Part shown: piece after piece, positions 41,701 to 53,700 of the stretch
Numbering within the stretch: the first letter of the stretch is position 1
Layout: each line of letters starts with the position of its first letter
From: Antedon mediterranea
Lineage: Eukaryota; Animalia; Echinodermata
Assembly: GCF_964355755.1 (NCBI RefSeq)
Contig: NC_092670.1
Coordinates: 15,052,795-15,116,794, forward strand
Direction of reading: 5' to 3'
DNA length: 64,000 nt
Made by a program: the position numbers and the translations under genes
Notes under the pieces: generated by a model
Told to the model about the DNA's origin: nothing
Database searches by the model: none
The model's input: only the letters and a program-made list of their open reading frames with translations

Positions 41701-44700
41701 ATGGAACAATAGCGTAGTACTGAAAACTAATGTTATCCATTCTACGTTTTGCGGTACATCTAAGATAGATAAGGTAGGTATCCAAAGCGGAGATTTGTAC
41801 CAAAGGGGTTGCATTGTGCTCACCTATGTCAGAATTAACCATAATTTATATATAGATACATAAGGGACCTAATTACTCAACTGCAGGAATCATTTTGACA
41901 GGGTCACTAACAAAATGCCCAAATAACTTAAATATTTAATCCATCAATTGTTCATATAAATACTTGTATGTACCTGATTCAATCGCTGGAACTCGTCACT
42001 ACCATCTACTTCCATTTCTAAGTCAAATGATGTAGGAACATTTGGTCCTGAACCTTGAACAACAATCGATGAAATATAAACTGGTATACTCCACCCGATG
42101 ACAATTATTGGGGAGCCGTCAGGGCTACCCATCCAGGGATGTTCATTACCCAACAACGTATTTGGAATTGCCTCATCACCATTTACTAATCTGAAGTTTT
42201 CCAATGCTTGTAGTGGGTTTGCACAATCTGTGAAAAAATGAACATTTTTTATGAAAATCTACACAGTACTAATGTAAACAAAGAGCATCATGTTTTCAGG
42301 TGCAACCTATTTCTGTTTCTCAAAAGCTCTGTCTACACTATCAAACTTTATGTGACAGCAAAATGTGATGTTCCCACATATGGAAATGCTGATGCCATTA
42401 AGCATATCACTACCATATTTGGGCACATCGCCTTTTTTTTGTCAAACTAGTTTTATAGTGTAGACAGAGCTAAACACACATTTCTTGTTACTTAGCACTT
42501 TATTTTTCAAAATGTTATTTTGTAAGTAATAAACAAAGGAGGTCAATAAATGAACTACAATGTAAAATGATAAAAACAAGAAACTATGTATAAAATGTGT
42601 ATTAATGTAGAAAACACATTCTGTTCCCATTATTAAATTTAATAGAGACTAAATAGTTTCTATACCTGGCATAGTTGTAAACGTAGTAGGTGGAATATGA
42701 GTGACTGTAGGTGTTGTTGATTCTGGAAAAAAAAAATTAATTAAAATGAATAGATTTTGTTTTCATTTTTAACAATTGAATATGCCTGTAAGACATGTTT
42801 TATGATAATTGCAAATTAGTAGAGATCTTTAATAATCAAACGCAAACAATTTAGTTAGTGTCTGTAAATATAGTAACCTACCACCACAGTTTTCCGATGC
42901 TGGTCCAACGTCACAGAATTCCCATCTAGTATTGGGATTTGTGGTATAACACCAAGTGCGAGGTTCACCATCAGGATTACGGCAATAATTTTGATCTAAG
43001 CCTGAATCTGGGTAGCTCTCTGGTGTTCTGGAATGTTGATTAGGTGTTTGTGACGTCCATTGTTGGCAAGTTAATCCACTCTCGGTGGTACTGACCGAAC
43101 CTCTATAATCACTACCATCTGATATTTCATAACATTCTGAAAATGAAAAAAAAAAAATTAATGAAGTTGCACATTCATTTATCTTTTTATTTCGGAATAC
43201 CATGATCTCTTAATATATCCATATATAAATTTAATAAACAAAAACATTTTACAGGTAACAAAATTAAAGTTGAAGTTGTACCAGTACAGAAAAAAAAAAT
43301 TAGTCAATGCAAAAAGGGCATTCCACTGTATGCATTCTTGACACATAATAAAAATGTGGAGTTTCATGATCAGAGTATTAACACTTTTATTAAATTGATT
43401 TAACTTGACAATAAAAAAAAGACTTTCTAACTCATTCATCGAATGATGGAACGTCATTAAAAAAACATGCTTGTACTACAATTAATAGGTTGCTTCAGCA
43501 GATGCTGTTATTATGTAAGGGTAACATTATGATGTAATGATACATAGTTACTATTATAAGAAATGAATCTAAACACAGGAATAAATTGTCTGATGTAAAA
43601 GGAAGTGTTAACATGTGTGTCTACAGCTTGCAAAAATAAGGGTTTTTTAAACAATAGCATACAAATAATGAATATTTATGAGTGAATAATACAAAAAATG
43701 TCATGGGGTGAAATATGAAATTCTATTTTCATGAGGCAAAGCCTGAGTGAAATGTAATTTCATATTTCAACGAATGAAATTATTTGTACCATCGCACGAA
43801 TTTGAAAAACATTCATTATTTGTTATAAAATCTATTAAGTATATTTTTGTCATTTCCATTGTTCTGATCTTGTTGTTGTGAGGAAGAGATTGCACCATGT
43901 GCATAGCTGCTATTGTATTTCATGCATTTTTCGTACGCATGTAGATGACAAAGAAAGTACTATTACATGATCGTTAAATAGTATATTCTGAATAATTATA
44001 TAAAATGGAATAGTAGAGAAAAATATTTTTAAAAATGTTTACCATTTGATGGTGTTGTTGAAACTGAGGGTGGTGCTGAGGAGAAAAAGATTTAGTTGAT
44101 TAGATGTATGCTTGCTATTTAAGGTTGATTTTGTATGACGTGCTATGCATTCATGATAGAGTGTATATTCATTATCTGAATGCCATTAAATATTAGTTCT
44201 ACTGCATGGAAAATACGTTTATTTAATGTCTCTATTCCATTTTTTTATTTTTTTAATAATTTCTAAGATTTCACGATTACAAACAAAAAAGGATTGTTTA
44301 CAAAAAAAAATAAACTAATTGGAAAATGTAAAAGTACAGTCTAAATCTAAAATTTCAAAAAGCAAAATAAGATAGATCATTTTTTATAAAGATGAATAGA
44401 AAAAGAAGCATAGAGAGTAATTATTAGTTTAAGAGAAAATCAATACAAACTATGTACACATTCATTCAATGCATTCAAAGGGAAACAAAAATGGTATGTA
44501 AGTGGTACAGACAAAATTAACCCATTAAAATAAATTGTTATTGTATTGACTTGAATACATTGAGTTTGTAGTGCATAAATAAGGTTATAGTAAGCATGGA
44601 CCTATAAATTAATCTATTTATAGGTCCATGTAGTAAGTTATCAAAATGGAAAGTTATTAATGGTCAAGCAATAGAAATCAGATGTATAAAAGGATAAGTA

Positions 44701-47700
44701 AGACAAAAGTAAAAACATTATTTTAAGTTCTCTCTATATCAGTGGTTAGGCAGTTTAGAGTGTCAATTAATCCACAGTCCAGCCCACTCCAGTTTCAGTT
44801 TTCTTCATTGCTTTTATTTTATCTAATTTTGGGTTTTATGTGTGTGAGAAAATGTAAGGTTTAGTTGCTATGAACAGCTTCTATAGCAGAAGTAAGCACC
44901 AGTAACAGTTTTATTATCTGATAAACAAAAGAAGAGAAAAGTTAAATTGTAAAACAAAACCTGAAGGTGCTTCTGTTGTCGAAACTGAGGGCTCTCCTGT
45001 TGTTGAACCAGAGGGCTCTCCTGTAGTTGAACCAGAGGGCTCTCCTGTTGTTGAACCAGAGGGTTCTCCTGTTGTTGAACCAGAGGGCTCTCCTGTTGTT
45101 GAACCTGATGGCTCTCCTGTTGTTGAACCAGAGGGCTCTCCTGTTGTTGAACCAGAGGGCTCTCCTGTTGTTGAACCAGAGGGCTCTCCTGTTGTTGAAC
45201 CTGAGGGCTCTCCTGTTGTTGAACCTGAGGGCTCTCCTGTTGTTGAACCAGAGGGCTCTCCTGTTGTTGAACCAGAGGGCTCTCCTGTTGTTGAACCAGA
45301 GGGCTCTCCTGTTGTTGAACTAGAGGGCTCTCCTGTAGTTGAACCAGAGGGCTCTCCTGTTGTTGAACCTGAGGGCTCTCCTGTTGTTGAACCTGAGGGC
45401 TCTCCTGTTGTTGAACCTGAGGGCTCTCCTGTTGTTGATCCAGAGGGCTCTCCTGTTGTTGAACCCGAGGGCTCTCCTGTTGTTGATCCAGAGGGCTCTC
45501 CTGTTGTTGATCCAGAGGGTTCTCCAGTTGTTGAACCAGAGGGCTCTCCAGTTGTTGAACCAGAGGGCTCTCCTGTTGTTGAACCTGAGGGCTCTCCTGT
45601 TGTTGAACTTGAGGGCTCTCCTGTTGTTGAAACTGAGGGAGCTTCTGTTGTGGAACCTAAGGTGGTGTACAATCATGTAAAAGAAGGGCACATCACATTT
45701 TTTGTCCAAATAAAGTTTGCTTTGAAAATTAACATTTCTTCTAATAAACCTACTACAATGGCTTTTAAATTATACATTCAAGGGGTTTCCATAATTACTG
45801 TACAAATCAAGTACTGTATTATACAGTAAGCAAGTATAAGGATTCAGGAGTTCTGTACATTATTATGAAATACATTGAAATCTTCTTTTGGGGCACTGAC
45901 ATTAAGGGAACACTTTGAAAGGTTTCACCTTTTTAGAAAAAAAAAATATTTTATCAATACGATCAATCCCCATTCAGGTGACACTTTGTTAGTATTTAAA
46001 GGTGTTCCCTTAATAGAAGTTCTAATAAGGAGTAATATAAAAAGAACAAACTATAAATTATATCTACAATGAATTTTATATTTAAATATCTATAACCAAA
46101 CACCGTAGGAAAATCTAGTTTAAACTGTTGGCAAAACAAATATCAAAAACATAAATTTTATTAAATTTGAACTGTTATTAATAAAAATCAAACCTGTATT
46201 TCTGGTGATAGTTTGCGTGACAGTTTCTGAAAACAAATATAATGCTATTAATATTCGTGACAATTGATTTTTTATTTTTGCAGACAGTAATTGCGTCTAT
46301 ACATTGATCGTTCGCTAGCATGTATCATCACATCACATTCATTGATTAGCACATTAACTTAAGAGACATTAGGAACGAGTCTAACGCAAGCTCTGAGGTA
46401 GCATTTTGTTGGGTAGTGCCTGTATTTAGTTCAACCTTATTATGTTTTGTGCCCTTGCCCTGCACCCTACCCCCTTATTCAAATCTTTAAACTGACTGAC
46501 CTGTTGTAGAAGGTCCTGTTGTTACTACGACCGACACAGTAGCTATAAGAAAAATGAAAAAGAGAATGAATTGATTGAAAATACAACAATGGCAAACTTG
46601 CAACCTAGCTTTCGCATGCAACCAAATGAAACTCCAGAATACTGTACCTGCACATAATATTTGAAAATTATAAATGCAAGGATATTTTAAGATAGTTAAA
46701 TACCATTTTTATTCAAGGTGATTTGGATGTAAAATGGTAACATTGTATAATCAAATTAATGCTCCCCAGATATGAAAAACCCAAATTAATATCAGGAAGT
46801 GATAAAATACTGCAAATATTGTATCAACGTGCTTACTAAATTGTAGATCCTAGCAGTCAATTACAAATTGATTGTAATGTCGAGCAACTGATAACAATGC
46901 ATTTCAGATAGCTCACAAAAACTCTAAATTGCTCCCTAATTATACACAAAACAGTATAATCAATCAAACACCAATACTTCTAAGGGCTTCTAAATGATGT
47001 CTACGAAGCCAAATTTAAGATCTAAACGGACAACCGGGAAATCAACCGATAATTTATCTGTGCCTACCGAAGGCCCGATCAACGATGGAGAACAGCCTGC
47101 TACCCAGCCTGCTGACTCACCCAACATACCAGAAACCGGAGCCTCGCCGGTACAACAACAAAGCCCATTGTTGTCAAGAGACTCGTCTACTTAGCGAGAT
47201 GTAAAGCTCCTCCTATCAGACGATAAAGAACTTGTAAGGGGAGACTTACTAGTACCCAAAGTTAAATTGGAATGTTTCCGGCGCTCTTTTATTTATTCTG
47301 CTAGTATTTTATATAATGTATTACCTTCTGATTTAAAAGAATGTACAAATATTAACTCGTTTAAATTTAATTTTAAAAAACACATTTTATCGTAATTGTC
47401 TAATTGAATTTTTTTTTTTTTGGATCATTATTTTTTTATATAATTGTTTTAAATTTAAATGTATATAGATTCGTATTAGTTAAGTATAGTTTTATATATT
47501 TTGTCATTTTTAAGAAGGCCCCTGAATATCAGCTGGCCTGCGGGTTCAGCTGGAAGGGTTACCCTCTATAAATAAAGTTGAAATAAATAAATTGTAAGTA
47601 TTGTTGCAACAACGATAAGCAAACATATTCTTTCGTCAATCCAATCTTAAATAATATCATCCATATGCGGAAATGAAATCGTAATAAGATCAATAAGTGA

Positions 47701-50700
47701 CGCCATTCTTGACCAGGTCAGTCAAAATATTTACAGTAGCATTTCCATGGACAACGAGACTATAGCGGGCGACATCATCACTCTACAAGAGCAAAATGAC
47801 CGTCTGAGAAAAGAACATCGCGGTATGGTGGACAAGATCGATGACCTTGAACAGTACAGTAGGCGCAACTGCCTACTAATTCACGGAGTACCCAAGACGG
47901 CAAATGAAGACACAGATACCTTAGCTCTAGATATTATAACATCTCGCATCTGCGAAGATATGGAACTAATCGATATGGACCGCACTCACCGACTTGGACG
48001 GAAGAAAGTACTCCATGACAACAAATCACGCAACAGTTCTAAACCAAGGCCTTGTCCGATTATCGTTAATTTTTCCACATACCGCGCACGAGAAGAGGTA
48101 TTTCGCAACAAGAAATTGCTTAAAAATTCTTCTTACTCTATAACCGAGAACTTAACACCTTCTCGCATGACCCTCCTGCGCGAAGCGGGCGCACATGCCG
48201 CTGTGGAAGTCGCGTGGTCGCTCGATGGACGAATCAACTGCCTTCTGCACAACAAGAAGAAGATTGTCATAGGTCTACATCCGACCTCCGTAATCTCTAG
48301 ATGTAATTAAAACATCAACTATCAATTAATAATCTTTGTGTGTTCCGCTTTGCGGATTCAGCTACAGCAAACTTTGATTGTTCCTGTCTGATCTCAAAAA
48401 CCGTGACTATTCTTACTTAAGCAAAAATATTGATAAAAACCAGCCCTTTGTGAAATATAGATGAATATAAACTCACGATGCTCTGTTGTTCCTTCAGGTG
48501 TTGTCGTACTCGAAGTAACAACTTCTGTGGTTTGACGTGGAGTTGTTATCCTTTCTGTAGTTCTTACTGTCACAATTGTTGACTCTGGTGCGGTTGTTGA
48601 CTCTGGTGTGGTTGTTGGCTCTGGTGAGGTTGTTGGCTCTGGCGCGGTTGTTGACTCTGGCGCAGTTGTTGACTCTGGTGCAGTTGTTGACTCTGGCATG
48701 GTTGTTGACTCTGGCGCGGTTGTTGACTCTGGCGCGGTTGTTGACTCTGGAGCGGTTGTTGACTCTGGAGCGGTTGTTGACTCTGGTGCGGTTGTTGACT
48801 CTGGTGCGGTTGTTGGCTCTGGTGCGGTTGTTGACTCTGGGGTGGTTGATGGCTCTGGAGTGGTTGATGGCTCTGGAGTTGTAGTTGGCTCTGGAGTTGT
48901 AGTTGGTTCTGGTGTAGTTGGCTCTGGTGTGGTTGTAGTTGGCTCTGGTGTGGTTGTTGTTGGTTCTGGTGTAGTTGTTGTTGGTTCTGGTGTAGTTGTT
49001 GTTGGTTCTGGTGTGGTTGTTGTTGGTTCTGGTGTGGTTGTAGTTGGTTCTGGTGTGGTTGTAGTTGGTTCTGGTGTGGTTGTAGTTGGTTCTGGTGTGG
49101 TTGTAGTTGGTTCTGGTGTGGTTGTAGTTGGTTCTGGTGTGGTGGTTGTTGGTATTGTTGTTGTAGTTATTGTTGTGGTAGTCTCTACAGTAGTGTATTC
49201 TGAAAATTATAAAATTTAAAACCATTTAAAAAAAAATTACAGTAAAAAAATACAGTTACAGTAGATGTGTATTAGTTACGTAGAGAAAAACACACCTTCC
49301 AAATAACATCCATGTAATATTATATTGAAGCTTGGATCTGAGGCGCTACCAGATAGAGTCAACAGATGAATCTGAAACTGTCTGGTTGGTGGAAATTCTT
49401 CATCTAAGTAGATACTTCTGAAATCATCTCCTTCCTCCATCTTTTCAATTACAAACCTCTCATTCTGAAAACGAGAAATGAAATTGTATAAGCATAAATA
49501 TATATATTAAAATCATGTGCAAAAATAATATTATTATTATTAACTAATAATATACCTCATCTCCATTGGATATAAACTCAAAGGTTTGTGTTGTTTCATC
49601 AAAGAAAGCAACTTCGCAAGTAATTTCATCAACTTCACCCTCCATTTCTTGAAATGTAATCTTGTTTATACGGGTTTCATGATCAAATACAATAGTGAGT
49701 GATTCACGATCTTCAGATAATGATGGGAACCATGGTGTATTTGGTGGCAAATCCTGGCCTGGGCTCAATCTGTATGTAATTTCAAGTCCTTCTTCCATTC
49801 CCAGGTTTAGATCACAATGTTCTGAAAGATTATTAACAAAGTATGGAGCATTGTCATTTTTTTCAGTAATTTGCCTTTGGATTTATATATATTTTCTACT
49901 GTTTGTATCAATTTTGATCTGACATTGCTGTAATCCTGGAGGGTACTTTGGACAACTTTACAATTCTATCGACTTTGTCCAAGTACTTTCACTTGCACTG
50001 CTGAAGGGACAGTGTTGCCTGAAAGCTCTGCTAACTTTTCTGGCTATTTTACTTTATCGTTTAGATTCAGTTTTTGCTTTATTATTTCTATCCATTGAGA
50101 TCCAGCCACTGATACCCACAGAATTGTCATTTTTTCAGTAATTTGCTATTTGAATTTATATATATATAATATATATTATAATCTCTGTTCCGTGTGCGTA
50201 TATCTAAGATATAGTGTTCCATGTTGAGTGTCACTATCCAATCAAATTAGAAACATTCTATGAAAGCCTCAGTGGTGGTAGAATGTCTGCATATAAAGCA
50301 GAAAATTAAAAATTAAAATCTTGGTTGGGGTAGCTTTCCTTTTCATTCTCATAGATTTCCTTAATAAATCAATTATTTTCTAGTACAGTATATTACCAGA
50401 GAGTAAATTTAGATCAAATTATATATTTTATATATTTATGAGTTTGGACTCCAAATGTTTATAGTATATAGTTTAAATTAAAGTAAAAGTATACTCACCA
50501 GGAGTGGTAGTTGGTTGTTCAGTGGTTGTGGTTTCTGTGGTGGTGGTAACAGTTGTAGTTGTAACCACTTCTGTTGTTGTAGTCTCTGTTGTAGTCGTTT
50601 CTGTTGGAGTAGTTGTAGTAAGTGTTGTGGTTGTTATTGTTGTGGTTGTTGGTTCTGGTGTTGTGGTTGTTGGTTCTGGTGTTGTGGTTGTTGGTTCTGG

Positions 50701-53700
50701 TGTTGTGGTTGTTGGTTCTGGTGTTGTGGTGGTTGGTTCTGGTGTTGTGGTGGTTGGTTCTGGTGTTGTGGTTGTTGGTTCTGGCGTTGTGGTTGTTGGT
50801 TCTGGCGTTGTGGTTGTTGGTTCTGGCGTTGTGGTTGTTGGTTCTGGCGTTGTGGTTGTTGGTTCTGGCGTTGTGGTGGTTGGTTCTGGCGTGGTCGACT
50901 CTGGCGTTGTCGGCTCTGGCGTTGTAGGCTCTGGCGTTGTAGGCTCTGGCGTTGTCGGCTCTGGCGTTGTCGGCTCTGGCGTTGTCGGCTCTGGCGTTGT
51001 CGGCTCTGGCGTTGTCGGCTCTGGGGTTGTCGGCTCTGGGGTTGTCGGCTCTGGGGTTGTTGATTCTGGCGTTGTCGGCTCGTGTGTTGGTGCTAGAGTT
51101 GTTGATTCTGGCATAGGAGTTGTTGATTCTCCTGTTAAATATAAATTTTAAACAATTCAAACAAAAGGCTATTGAATTGTCTAATCTGTGTATTAGGTGT
51201 ACTGTAAACTTATCAAAATACTCAGTTAAAACAAGTAAAAAACAAACCCAACATAAAAGGTTAACAAATATTTTGAATTAATATTATACAATTATCTTTC
51301 TTATCTTTGATATTCTCCTTAACAATGACAAACGTAATCAAAGTGAAACAAGTAAATATTTCATACTAAAAATAGTAAAATACATGATTAACAAAAATAA
51401 TGCGGAATTATAGTTGTATGATTTTAGTGATAATCCTTCTCAGTGTCACACATACAGTAGAACAATGGGTAATAAATAGTAAAAGGATATATTTGCATCT
51501 TCATTAGAATTGGAATAATTAAAAATTAAGTAAATCTCCATAGAAATAACTGATACAAATATAGTTCCCATCGCAGCTGTCTAGAAACAAAAGTTAAATT
51601 TGTTCAATATAAAAGTGTGGTGGGTTTATAAGGTTTAATAGTTAAGGCAAATGTAATTTTCACTGAAGACTGAATAAAAAAGAATGAATGGTTAGAAAAC
51701 AACATTTAGAGAAAAAAGATTAGAATTAACAGGTACTCTGGATCAAAGTACCAATAGTTTATACAAATATAGAAAAAATAATGAGATGAAAGAAAAAGCA
51801 AAATTTTAAATCCTCAAAAAATATTCGTTTTTACTAACTAGTTGTAGATTCTGTCTCTGTAGTTGGCCCTTCTGTTGTACTAATGGGTTCTGTAGTTGTC
51901 CCCTCTGTTGTACTAATTGGTTCTGTAGTTGTCCCCTCTGTTGTACTAATTGGTTCTGTAGTTGTCCCCTCTGTTGTACTAATGGGTTCTGTAGTTGTCC
52001 CCTCTGTTGTACTAATGGATTCTGTAGTTGTTTCTTCAGTTGTACTAATGGGTTCTGTAGTTGTCCCCTCTGTTGTACTAATGGGTTCTGTAGTTGTCCC
52101 CTCTGTTGTACTAATTGGTTCTGTAGTTGTCCCCTCTGTTGTACTAATGGGTTCTGTAGTTGTCCCTTCTGTTGTACTAATTGGTTCTGTAGTTGTTTCT
52201 TCTGTTGTACTAATGGGTGCTGTAGTTGTCCCCTCTGTTGTACTAATGGGTTCTGTAGTTGTCCCCTCTGTTGTACTAATGGGTGCTGTAGTTGTCCCCT
52301 CTGTTGTACTAATTGGTTCTGTAGTTGTTTCTTCAGTTGTACTAATTGGTTCTGTAGTTGACCCTTCTGTTGTACTAAATATTAATGTAGTCCCTTCTGT
52401 TGGACTAAGAGGTAATACACTTTCTGTTGTACTTTCTGCAGTTGTCGATTCTGAAATTGCTGTTAATAAAACATTTTAGAATACAGTGTAATAAAATAAA
52501 TAAACTTTTTTTTACAGTATATAATATTATTTCCATAAAAACGTTAAAATATCTAAAAAGGAAAATGAAAGATAAAAAACAATTATTGTACATTTTGAAT
52601 GGTTAAAAACAAGAATATTAAAAGTATTGAAATATATTGTCGTTATGATTACTTGTTGGTTCTGTGACTGTTGAAGATGTCTGGAATTCTGTTGTTGTTG
52701 GTGCCACTATAAATGAAACACACAAAAAAAATGTTCATTAGAATTATTTTTTTATGTAATTAAACTGTAACTGTCTGAATATTAAGTTTTGAAGTGCTTA
52801 TCTCAAGCAGTTCCTTAACTTGACATTACCATTACATAAGAATACTAAATTCCAAAGAAGATGCTGAAATTCAAATAGATATACCCATGTTTATAAGTAG
52901 ATATCATTTAGATAATTAACCTTCTGATAACAGCTGAAAATTCAAGTGAAGAACCCAGATTGAAATATTTCTAAAATAGAATCTTGTTTGGTGAAAGTAC
53001 AAAGAAAGAGAATATCAGTTTATTGAATATACATTGTTAGAGAAACTAAAACCTTCTAATATTAAGACTTTCTAGTGCAGAAAAGATATGAAAATATTAA
53101 ATTGTTTTATGATTACTTGTTGGTCCTGCTGTTGTAGTCAGGAATTCTGTTGTTTCTGGTGGTGCTATAAGTAAATAAGATAAGTTTAAATAATGCATTT
53201 ATGCTTACTGTCATAGCTTAAACATTTAGTACTTTGGTGGAAAACAAGAAAGACTAAACAACATTTTCATATTCATTGAGGAGAAACTCAACAGTTCTTT
53301 TAAGAACAAACTACGTGGTGTATCACAAACTTTATATCAACAAATTAGTTTCTACATGCAAACCTTCAAACAACATATTTATTCATTCATTCATTTACTT
53401 TTATTTCAGATAACAAAACATACAAATAAGAAAACAAAACAATTACCATTATTGTTATTCCACAATCACACCTAAAAAATGAATTTTGCAAAATGAATTT
53501 AATTTACCTATCGTTGTTTCAGTTTCGGTAACAGTATGAGTGGTGGTGCTTGTTGCCGACGTTGTGATTTCAGTGGTAGTGGTAGACTGAACGGTAGTTA
53601 CAGGTTCGGTTGTTTCAGTTGGTGTTGTTGTTGTTGTAGTCTCTGTTACCATAGTTGTTGTTGAAACTGTGAGAAAAATTCTTTTGTTTAAGATTCATGC

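Noticed and set aside
43650-43830. Hairpin-bearing segment with short inverted repeats (Crypton-like non-autonomous element)
   Set aside because: Boundaries and family cannot be established from a single copy
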